This document shows, piece after piece, positions 48,486-59,451 of a stretch of 64,000 bases of DNA. Both the position numbers and the translations under genes were made by a program. Source of the stretch: Epithemia pelagica (Eukaryota; Protista; Bacillariophyta). Below the pieces are notes generated by a model that searched no databases, was not told where the DNA came from, and saw only the letters and a list, made by a program, of their open reading frames with translations. How positions within the stretch are numbered: position 1 is the stretch's first letter; every line of letters starts with the position of its first letter. The DNA is taken from positions 3,348,001 through 3,412,000 of the forward strand of contig OX337236.1 of assembly GCA_946965045.2 (NCBI GenBank), written 5' to 3'.

Positions 48486-49353
48486 TCAGTCATTATTGGA
48501 AGGTTTGCGTCGTTTCCTTTGCCTAGGCGAAGGATCCTGGTCCGAGGTAATCTCATCTTCGTTGCACCGGCGCTCTCGTCTATTTGACAGGGCGAGAGCG
48601 TGTTTCTGATGAATTTTGAAACAAGTGACTGCCTTTTCTGCAACCACCTTGACGTGACCAACCAACTGTTTGTATCTGGAATCTGTTCCGTTCAAGTCCA
48701 TAGTAGCAACAAAAACAAGACATTCGCTTAGGTCGAGTTCAAGAAGTCACACATGAATTATTCCTGCCGAAATTTGCGCTGCAACACTTACCATACACAT
48801 TTTCGCCAGTGATTTCACAAATTTTCATGGTCGGTAATCTGGTTGGAAACAGACAACAGAAATCATCAAGCCACTTCTTGGTGCTTCTATTGATAGGTAC
48901 ATCAGTTTGGTTCTTTGACGTGTCTGGTAATGATACACTTGCTGTAGCACGACAAGACGGGAGGACCCAATGACATCCTGGAAAGGCATCCACAATCACT
49001 CGACTGACACCCGTCCATGGGCAAACAGTCTCGTTCCGCGCCAAAGCACACAATAGTTCAGCGATACACCATTTCTTTTGAACATAGTGTGTCGATGCCA
49101 CACAAGCCACAACTCGCGCTGTAAGAGCGTTCGTCAACATGGTAACAAGCGGATCAGACTGTTGTCCAGCATGCATTGTTTTTTCTGCCACAAAGATATT
49201 GAGTATGTTGCCACCACCAGCCGCGATTTGCAACTGATCCTCCAAAATAGTCACGTAGTCAAACTCTCGCTCTTTTCGAACTTCCCCGGCAAAGGAAATG
49301 AAAACGTGGTATTTTTGTTTTTGGTTAGCAGAAGGTACCTTACTGAGCATCAT
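48486..49353 (-). CDS. TIR-only protein, predicted 2 exons (49353-48792 and 48682-48486; 252 aa)
   Basis: YHVFISFAG (box 1), NIFVAEKTMHAG, VACVASTHYVQKKWCIAELL (WxxxE); GTAAGT donor at 48791 and CAG acceptor at 48683 join in frame (ENVY-D-SRYKQ) to the 48486-48701 ORF; 562+197 nt = 253 codons. Confidence 0.85.
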
Positions 49354-49411
49354 CTTTGCCAAATCGATTCCAAAGGTTATAATCTTAGCAACGGCTGGAT
49401 CCGACAGCCAA

Positions 49412-49497
49412 CACAGTTTGTCTTTGTTTTGTTTCCGTTGCGATGGCAGCAGTGCACAGTTTGTCTTTGTTTTGTTTCCGTTGCGATGGCAGCAGTG
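49412..49497. repeat. Perfect 43-bp tandem duplication upstream of the TIR start
   Basis: cacagtttgtctttgttttgtttccgttgcgatggcagcagtg x2. Confidence 0.95.
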
Positions 49498-50416
49498 CAA
49501 AGTATACTTCCCCTGTTGCAGATTTATCGTGGGTCGTCGTCGATTCCTCTTTCTTGATGTCAATGTCTCGTTGTGGAGCAACCAATCCGTCGACGTGGTA
49601 CAAATATTGGTGGTGCTACGATTCCCAAGACTGTGCGTTTGGTGGACCGTGTTCCAACAAGGCAACTGCTTTGGAATCCACCCATTGCGGTGATGCATCG
49701 ATCGACCTGTTGGCAAGCGACGATTGTTCTTCTTGTTGTTTGGCTGCTGTTGGTGGATCATGAGTTTTGATTTTTCACTTCTTGTCGTGATCCTTGATGA
49801 AAGAGACGGACGGTTGTTCTAGTTGGTGTTGTTCGGATGGGTCAAGGCGAATCTTGTTGTCACTGTTGTCCACTTCTAATGGTTCTTCATGGAAATCGAG
49901 CATGGGTGGTTGCTGCTTCTGTACGCGGGGAAACCGAGTTTTACACACCACTCCACCACGGCAATCTTTGTATCTCCAACTAAGCAGCAGACTCAGCAAG
50001 CGACAAAAAGCACAAGAGAGGCTCTATGACAAACTCCCCCAACAAAGCCTTGTCACGAGCAGGACAGGAATGTTGATTGATTGTTCATTGTCAAGTCTGG
50101 TTTCTCTTACTTGTCGTGAAATCCTCATCTGGTAGGGATTGTCGATCTGTGGACCTATTCATTGTACAAAAGGACCTCTTCATCACAAATGCTGTCACTC
50201 TCTCCCTTTCGTCGTCGTCGTATATCTTTTACAGCAAAGATACTTTGGGGGACTCGTCATGTAATCTATGTGCGATTGCCAGCCCTTCACCATCTCGTAC
50301 GCAGGACAGGCACTCCTTTTCTATCTCCATACTCCACAGCTTCCACGCGTTGCTCTATTACAAATAATACCCTCTCGTGCTGCCATTTCTTGTCGACATT
50401 GAAAAGCGCCGTGACC

Positions 50417-51631
50417 ATGACAACCACACTGAAAGAACAAGCACGGCAGTCGGGCCTTGTCTTATCGGACGACACAGCAGAATGGAATGAAAACGATTGG
50501 CCTCCTCTCGAGGGTGGATGGCGTTCGTTTCATACATCGATCGTACTAAATCATCCCGCTAAGACCAACTACAACAACGACAAGGCACAAACAGTCGTGG
50601 TGATGGGAGGATGCGACAAAGGCTGGAATACTACCAATTCCGTTCTTGCATTGAATCTAGCAAAACCGAACAAACAGTGGCGAGAAGGACCACCCATGAA
50701 AAAGAAACGTTCTGGACATGCCGCTGTTGTGTGCAATGGCGGCGTTTACGTGATGGGGGGTAACAATGGAGTGAATCTGGATTGTATGGAGCGGATTGAT
50801 TCCAATGATTTGTTGCAATCATCTTCGACATCAAGCAGCACATGTGCGAGCCATTGGACGAGATTAAACTGTCGGTTATCAACGGGACGATCACGATGTG
50901 GTGCTGTTGCGATTCAGAACCGATACATCGTTGTAATAGGTGGCTGGAACATGGGTTATTTGTCGTCTGTTGAGATTATTGATACCAACAATCACATTGT
51001 CAATGCTGGACCAAGCTTGACTGTTCCACGACAATATTGTGCCAGTTCGGTCATTGGCTACCGCATCTTTGTCGTTGGAGGCCGTAATGATCATGGCCAT
51101 CTTGACTCGGTGGAGTATATAGACTTTGCAACACCCTGTGACAATGATAAGACGAAAATGGAGACTGGTTCGACATTGATTTCTTTCTCGTCCACCTGGA
51201 TTATTCACTCTGATTTGGTGCTTTCCAATGCACGAAGTTCTTTTGCAATGGTTGCTGTGGAATCTTGTCTGGTGGTGGCGGGAGGATGGAGCAATTCAAC
51301 CGTGGAAGTCTTGGATACGCACCGCAACCGCGTGTGGAATCTCCCACCACTCGGATATGACTGTGTTGGCTGCAATATGGTGACTGTTGCCAATCAAGTT
51401 GCCGTGATTGGCGGATATCGCAATCTTACCTGTGCGACAATGCCACTTATGGACAAGAATTCATGGTGTTTTCATCGACTCTGTGAGCAGCAATCGAACG
51501 GATGGTATCATTCTCTTGAAGGTATGGCTATCCGAGATGCTGATATCTCACCCTTCACCACATCGACATCAGCTCGTAAACAAGCAAGGCCCAATACATG
51601 CCAAAATGATAGAGGGAATGATGAAACATAG
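50417..51631 (+). CDS. Kelch-repeat protein K11
   Basis: Kelch blades; ATG 50417. Confidence 0.95.
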   Translation: MTTTLKEQARQSGLVLSDDTAEWNENDWPPLEGGWRSFHTSIVLNHPAKTNYNNDKAQTVVVMGGCDKGWNTTNSVLALNLAKPNKQWREGPPMKKKRSGHAAVVCNGGVYVMGGNNGVNLDCMERIDSNDLLQSSSTSSSTCASHWTRLNCRLSTGRSRCGAVAIQNRYIVVIGGWNMGYLSSVEIIDTNNHIVNAGPSLTVPRQYCASSVIGYRIFVVGGRNDHGHLDSVEYIDFATPCDNDKTKMETGSTLISFSSTWIIHSDLVLSNARSSFAMVAVESCLVVAGGWSNSTVEVLDTHRNRVWNLPPLGYDCVGCNMVTVANQVAVIGGYRNLTCATMPLMDKNSWCFHRLCEQQSNGWYHSLEGMAIRDADISPFTTSTSARKQARPNTCQNDRGNDET

Positions 51632-53906
51632 CGATTTGGTCTCGAGTGGTTGACTTGTTTTCTACATTCGATTGCAATCCTAGAACCTAGTATTGAGTGT
51701 TTACTCAAAAGTAGAAAGAACCTGTTGCAAGAAAGAACGTGCTTGTTTGTTGTCAAGGAACGACCCAATTTGTATACCTCTACAAGTGGTACTACCCTTC
51801 GGCCATTACCTGTTACCTGTCAGTTGTGGGACAGTTCCACCACCGTGACTGTGCAGTCGTGAGACCAGAATAGGGTACTTTGTGGTGGCAGCATGGCACT
51901 CTGCATAACACAGCGTCGTCCGTGGAATGGTAGCTACTGCAGGGAGGCCACCAACCAATGAGGGGAGCAGGAACAGAAGCACGCCAAGGCGAAACCTTGT
52001 TGGACCTGATCTTGTCCGCTTCGAATGGTTCTTCCTCGAAAGATGACAGGCAATGGGTCGAGTTTGGATGGAAGTCAGTAGGGTGGACCGTGTCATATCC
52101 AATTCCGACATGATGTCCAAGAACAGGATGTCCCATTCGGAGGAGTCTCCGCGCTCCAATCGCAATGCCTTCTTCTAGCTGCTGTTGTATGTGAATCGCA
52201 ATACGTTGCTGCACTTGTCATGTGATGTCAAGCCGGAATGGCCCAATGAAGATGACGAGTCCAAGAGGAACCCACCAATTCGGATCGAGGGTCGTGCCAA
52301 TTGTCGCAATGGACCAGAACGAAAACAAGGAATCGAGTCTCGACGTTGCGACGAGACAGACAGGACACCTCCCCCCACCACTACTTTCTGTCGCAGCATT
52401 GCTCGTTCAATTGCTCATGCCTGGAAACAAGCCGCTCACCATTGCGATGTCTTGCCCCTCAATGCCAGTTCCCCGGAAACCTTGTTGCACGATTACGACA
52501 ACACTGTCGAACAGCAGTGTTGGACCTCGACCACTACATCCTTTGTGCCTCGTACCGAACTCAGCAGCAGCAGCACCAACAACACAACCACGACAACGAA
52601 CGCCGCCGATCATGTCTTGGCCATTATGGAAGCCTTGTCACCCACACCGTATGAATGGTTGTTGGTGTTGGAACACGAGTCGCCCGAGGCGGTTGTGGTC
52701 GAATGGTTTTGCTCGTCGCAGTCGGAATGGCGAAATTCGTGTATATGCTCGGAGCTATACCTGATCGAACCAAGTATCCATGACGGTGAGCGTTTGCTGT
52801 GGCAACGGTTGATTGTTTTCTTGCCTTGAGGAGAATGTGGTCGGAACAGGGCTCGATGGTTTGGACGTCAATGGCAAAAAGGGTTGTGGGTCAGTAAAAG
52901 TCTGGGAAACCTGGCGGTGTGGGACTGCCTGGACAACCAGTATGTTCCCGAGCGAGTGGAATTCAACACCAACCAAGAATCGGACATGTGCACCATGGCC
53001 AAATTAGACGTCATGTCAGCGAAACGTTTTACCTGGAACACGGTAAACTCAAAGGTTAAGTGATGATTGTCCGTCAGAACACCAAACCGCGCGGTGGAAC
53101 CTGACCAATTCGACTACGCAATGTGAGATATTGGCCATCTTGCTTCTTCTGGGCGATAAAGAGAGCGGCGTAGCATCCCAATTCCCGACTGTCGCAAGGT
53201 CTTGAGTGGCATTCAATCGTGCCACAATGTGGGACGTTGAGACTTTGTCATTGTCTCTTCAAGGTCCTGCTGCTATTGTCTTGAGGCAGGGCTGCAGTCG
53301 TCGTCATCCTGCTAATCATCATGGTTGCTTGATGAAGCCAGGGAAAAGCTTGACTGGTGGTGGTCGTTGTAGGGAGGGGAGGTGTCTTGTTGGTGTGTGG
53401 TTATTGGTGAAAGCAACCTCACCACTCGTTGTTCTGCCACAGCTGAGTGACCGTTGACCAAACTCGAGGCTTGTTCCACTCCTGTACATTCCTGACCCAT
53501 CCGCAGATGGACCCGTCCACAATTGGCTTTGTTCATTCCAAAGGCTGGTTTCTCTTAATTGTCGTGACAGTGGGGTCCTCATCTGGTTTGGCTCTATAAA
53601 TGGCTGTGGGTCGTTTTGACATGAGAATGTTTCGACGGTTTGTTCTTGTGGATGTTGTCCATCGTTTGGTTTTGGGAACAGATCTGGATTCGCGCATCTT
53701 TTGTGGGGAAAGATACGCTCTGCTTGCTGTGGTCGTGTCATGAAGTCTATGTGCGATATCGTACATGCGACAGACGCTCTTTGTGGGTCCAAAGCTTCCA
53801 CGTGTATTCTAAGAGAGTCCTCGTCGTGCTTCCATCCATACAAATCAGACTCGCAACAGCCGCAAACGCACTCCACATAAATTCTGCAGTCAAATCGTTT
53901 CGAAGC

Positions 53907-55124
53907 ATGCCCACGACATTGAAAGAAGAAGCCTGGCAGTCGGGCCTTGTCCTTTCAGACGGGACAGCAGAATGGAATGAAAACGACTGGCCTCCTCTTA
54001 TGGGTGGATGGCGTTATCGTCATGCTACGGTTGTACTAGATCATCCCGATACGGACGGCAACGGCAACAACCCGAAGAGACAAACGGTCGTCGTGATGGG
54101 AGGACGTCAACAAGGTCAAGGCTATACCAAGTCCGTGCTTGTATTGAATTTAGCAGAATCAAACAAACAGTGGCGAGAAGGGCCATCCATGAACAAGGCA
54201 CGTTATGGACATGCCAGTGTTGTGTGCAATGGAGGTGTCTACGTGATGGGAGGATACACTGGATATTCAAGTTTGGATTGTATCGAACAAATAAATGCCA
54301 CCGATTTGCTCCAACTATCTTCGACATCAAGCAGCTCGAAGAAGAGCCATTGGACGACATTGACATGTCGCTTATCAACGAGACGATCAGGATGTGGTGC
54401 TGTTGCGGTTCACAACCGATATATTGTTGGGATGGGTGGCTACAACGGTCGCTTTTTGTCGTCGGTGGATATTATTGATACCAGGAACCACACTGTCACT
54501 CCGGGGCCAAGCATGGCTGTTCCTCGATCTTTTTGTGCCAGTGCGGTCATTGGACACCGCATCTTTGTCGTTGCAGGCCAAAACGAGAGTGGCTATCTTG
54601 ACTCGGTGGAGTATTTGGACTTCTCAAGGCCATGTGATCATGAACAAACAAAAAGGGGCATGGCTACCACATCGATTCCCTTCTTTTCCACTTGGATCAC
54701 TCATTCTCATTTGGTACTTTCCTATGCACCATATTCTTGTACAGTGGTTGCCGTGGGATCTTGTCTGGTGGTGGCGGGAGGATACGAATCATCCGTGGAG
54801 GTCTTGGATACGCATCACAACCGCATGTGGAATCTCCCTGGACTGCAAGAAGAACGATTGGGCTGCAGTATGGTCACTGTTACCAATCACGTTGCCGTGA
54901 TCGGCGGATGGTACAATCCGACCTGCGCGACATTGCCACTCATGGACAAACATACGTGGTGTTTTCGACGACTCTTTGAGCAGCAGCCCAACAAATGGTG
55001 TCTTTTTCGGGAAGGAAGGAATATCCAACATGCTGATATTTCACCCTTCTCCACCTCGGCATCAGCTCATAAACGAGCAAGGCCCGATACACGCCGTGGT
55101 GATGAAGACGAGGATGAAACTTGA
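53907..55124 (+). CDS. Kelch-repeat protein K12
   Basis: Kelch blades; ATG 53907; tail HKRARP. Confidence 0.95.
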   Translation: MPTTLKEEAWQSGLVLSDGTAEWNENDWPPLMGGWRYRHATVVLDHPDTDGNGNNPKRQTVVVMGGRQQGQGYTKSVLVLNLAESNKQWREGPSMNKARYGHASVVCNGGVYVMGGYTGYSSLDCIEQINATDLLQLSSTSSSSKKSHWTTLTCRLSTRRSGCGAVAVHNRYIVGMGGYNGRFLSSVDIIDTRNHTVTPGPSMAVPRSFCASAVIGHRIFVVAGQNESGYLDSVEYLDFSRPCDHEQTKRGMATTSIPFFSTWITHSHLVLSYAPYSCTVVAVGSCLVVAGGYESSVEVLDTHHNRMWNLPGLQEERLGCSMVTVTNHVAVIGGWYNPTCATLPLMDKHTWCFRRLFEQQPNKWCLFREGRNIQHADISPFSTSASAHKRARPDTRRGDEDEDET

Positions 55125-58080
55125 AATTTGCAACGTTTTGCATGTATGTCCTAATATTGGCGGAACTATATAGCATTATCATTTTATTCTCAAACAGATG
55201 TTGTATTGTTTTCTTCATGGCATTGCGAACTATAGAGATATCATGTACACCGTTGTACTAGTAGAAAACGAAAGTTACGCTATCCGGCATGACACCGCAA
55301 ACAGGAGTGGAGCCAGGCCTTGGGTAGATGTTCATTGTCCATGGTACCATACCTCTCTGCTGGTGAATGAGTCAAGTTATCTTGCTGTGGAAGATTATGG
55401 TTGCGTGCCTGAAACACTAAGCGCAGCGACTCGTTTGGACGGTCGTCTTCGTTCCGACCATGCGTTGAATTGTGGGGCCCGGTCTTTCTATGGCCCATGC
55501 CTACGTGAGAGGACAGTACCCCGTCTCTCGGTGCTTGTGGTTTCGGGTGACAGAACCCTTTGGAATTTTTGCCACCAAAGTGTTCAATATTTCCTCCACT
55601 ACATCAACTATACTTTATCATGAGGTCAGCAATTTGCATGCGTCGATCCAGCAATCAGTCTCTCCGTAGTGGCTCGTTGACAGTCCATGGTTATCGGTCC
55701 ATGGGGATCCACAAGAACAATCGCAGTGTGCAAAGCTATGTCTTGCCCCTCAATGCCAGTTCCGCCGAAACCTTGTTGCACGACCCATTTCCGCCGAAAC
55801 CTTGTTGCACGACTACAGCACTGTCAAACAGCAGTGTTGGACATTGACCACTACAACGTTTGCGCCTGGACAACACCACCAAAACCAAGACCCATGCCGA
55901 TCATGGCTTGGCTGTCGTCCAACAGCAGTGTTGGACCTCGATGACTACCACAGTTGAGTCTCGTACCGAACTCAGCAGTACCAACAACAAAACCACGACG
56001 CCGATCATGTCTTGGCTGTAGTCTACTAGAGCTTGTTGTTGTTGTTTTGTTCTTCTTCTTCGTTGGATTCTGGTTGGTGTTGCTGCCTTGTCGTTCCACA
56101 CCAACACCCAGCTTGAATCTTTGTATGTATGAGACTTGAAGGGCCTTTCCCATGATCAATTCTTCACTACTCCAATCGGACGCGTCGGGAGGGAGTTGAA
56201 AAGCGTTCCATACTTCAATTCAAAGTACTACGCTTGTCGTCATCGGTGTAACTATCCTCTTGGTCCGACTTTAAGCATTCGTCGCAAACATGATGTTTCC
56301 ATTCATAGCTGTCGTCATATCCACCAGCCATGGTTTGGCACAGGGGAATGCTCCTCCTCTCTTTTGTCTTCCACATTTGTATGTACCTCCAATGGGGCGA
56401 CTTTGTTCTCGATTCAGGTCTTCATGGTGTCATGTCGAGAAAGGGTCCACATATCATTGGCGACCAGACCATGCGGTGCCACAACATAAAGAGATTTGAT
56501 CAATACGGGAGGAGGATTTTCGTTCCAAGAAAGAAATAAGCATACCATCGTCATCGTGCTCTTCTTCTTCTTCTTCTTCTTGTTGTTGTTGTTGTTTGTT
56601 ACACCAGACCTCCTGTTGCGAATCGAAAACCAAGGTGCGAATTCTAGCTTGTTGCGATCACAGTTGTCGTTGAGTATGGTGTTCTTCTTTCGTCCAGTGT
56701 TTTATTCATCTTGTTAGAGTCCTCTTCCACGGGAGACATGAGAGCGAGTCACAGCAGAAAACGCTGCCAGAGGGCGCAACAGGTCAATCTCCGAAACCAA
56801 AGACGGCGACGACGGCGGCAGACACATTGTTGTGATGGTATCTTTTTTCGTTCGTTTCAATGGATATTCCCCCAAACTGTGATGTGGAGTCCCCCTCCCC
56901 CAAAATCTGGAGTCCCTTCCAGATCTTGGTCGCGGAATGAGGACAGGAATGGCTCGCAGGCGCGCCGACCGAGACGAACCCTGTCACTCTATCTCACAGG
57001 CGCGCCGACCGAGACGAGCAGTTCCACTCTTTCCTCTATTCGAAAAAGGAGAGGACAATTGACAATTGCTCTCGTCGCCAAGACGACCACTCTACAATAG
57101 AACCTACTGCCACACTCCATGGGAAACCATGGACTCATTCGTTACGAGCAATTTATGAGACTTTGCCAGTGACGAGGCATGTACGTCTCTTCTTCCTTTT
57201 CTTGGTGAAAGACTACGAAGATTGTCGCAAGGAAAAATACCAACCATATAAAGGCGCTTCGAATGAAATGGAACAAGGGAGAACAACAACGACCATTCCA
57301 CAAAAGCGGTAGCACCGAGGATGCAGAAGCGTTGACGATGCGTCATTCCTCATCCACAAAACTCCCTCTGCAAGCTTGTCTGCCTCCCCAAGACCCCACA
57401 TTGATGCTGGTGGTGTACAATCGTTGTTGGTGAGACTCTCTCGATCAACCAAGTGGTCCCTCCAGTTTGTCTTCTTCGCAACAAAATCCTAACGCTACAT
57501 GAGCAACAAGAAAAGAACCTGAGCGATCCACCATGGACCAATGCAAACAGGGTGATATCGAGTACTCTTCTGGTTTACCGCATTCATCCTCAGAAAGATC
57601 AGCAACGATTGGTACATGGAATCTCGTGTTTCGTGTAAACAACATCACCATCCCATGGATCCCTTTGTAAGAAAAGTAATTATGGTTATCGAAAGCAGAG
57701 GCTCGACAAGTAGGATTGCAAAGAGATCCTCTTGTCATGAGCGCCCACGAAGAACGAAAAACCTATGGATATGAGAAAGAACTGGATAGGAGCCATACAT
57801 ATCAGTGGTCGTCTGTCTCGTCATGAGGTTTATTTCGGTATCCAAAAACTTTTATGGAACTCGAAACAAGAATGCGTGATCATCGTCATTGCGTGGCTAC
57901 GGTCACGATTTGTCTCGTGACGAAAGCTCCTACCCCTCTTTGGTCCATCCATTTCGTCAAGTCAGTCGTGCTTCCAGTCCGCACCCATCAGAATCACAGG
58001 AGCAGAGCAAACCCTCTAACCACTAACACAATACACTGTCTCGGTCCTCATAAATTTGCTGCTATTAATATTTTGGAGCA

Positions 58081-59451
58081 ATGAGCACGACACTGAAAGA
58101 ACAAGCATGGCAGTCGGGCCTTTTCTTATCGAAAGAGACAGCACAATGGAATGAAAATGATTGGCCTCCTCTCGAGGGTGGATGGCGCGACGAACATGCT
58201 ACAGTCGTACTAGATCATCCCGATACGGACAACGACAACAACATCAAGAGACAAACCGTCGTCGTGTTGGGTGGATATCAAGCAGTTCAGGGCAGTCTCG
58301 ATTCCATTCTTGTATTGAACGTGGCAGCGCCGGACAAGCACTGGCGAGAAGGGCCATCAATGAACAAGAGTCGTCGAGGACATGCCGCTGTTGGGTGCAA
58401 CGGAGGCGTCTATGTGATAGGAGGATACAATGGAAGATTATATTTAGATTGTATCGAAAGAATTGACGTAAAGGATTTGCTGCGATCATCTTCGACATCC
58501 AGCACCACACAAGAGAGCCCTTGGACGACATTGACATGTCGATTATCAACGGGACGGTTTGGATGTTGTGCTGCTGTGGTTCACAACCGATATATCGTTG
58601 TAATGGGTGGCTCTTACAACCATCGCTATTTGTCGTCGGTGGATATTATCGATACCAGCAATGACGCCGTCATTGCGGGACCATCCATGACTGCTCCACG
58701 ACAATGATGTGCCAGTGCCGTTATTGGCCACCGCATCTTTGTCGTTGGAGGCCGTAACGAAAACGGCCAACTTGACTCGGTGGAGTATTTGGACTTTGCA
58801 GAGGAGACACAAAACGACACTTTGTCAACAGTCATTTCCTTCTCATCCAGTTGGATCACCCATTCTGATTTGGGGCTTCCGAACCCTCGAGCTTATTGTG
58901 CAATGGTTGCCGTGGGATCTTGTCTTATTGTGGCCGGAGGAAGCCGTCAAACCGTGGAAGTGTTGGATACGCACCGCAACCGCGTTTGGAATCTCCCATC
59001 ACTCGGAAATGACCGCTTTGACTGCACTATGGTGGCTGTTGCCAATCAAGTTGCCGTGATTGGTGGTGGATTCAATCCTACCTGTGCGACATTACCGCTA
59101 CTGGACAAGAATTCGTGGTGTTTTCGACAACTCTGTGAGCAGCAGCCCAACGGATGGTATCATTCTCTTGAAGGTGCGGATATCCGAGATGAAGATATCT
59201 CACCCTTCTTCACATCGACACGAGCTCGTCAACGCGCAAGGTTCGATACTCACCGTGGTGACAAAGGGACAGATGAAGCCTCGACGTTTTGTTCTCAAGT
59301 CATTAACTTGTTTCTACGTTCCTTTGCAATCCTAGGACCTAGTAATTGGTTACTCAAAAGTAGAAAGAACATGTTGCAAGATAGAAGGTGCTTGTTTGTT
59401 GTCGATGGCGTGGAAGGAACGACCAAATTTTTGTGTCGCTACAAGTGGTAA
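58081..59451 (+). pseudogene. Kelch K13 with one in-frame nonsense codon
   Basis: caa TGA tgt at 58705-58707 versus caa TGG tgt in K10; frame continues to 59451. Confidence 0.9.

Noticed and set aside
2258-58860. Segmental duplications as pure haplotype mis-assembly
   Set aside because: Copies have different flanks, internal indels and mosaic breakpoints, which suits real tandem evolution; long-read confirmation is still advisable
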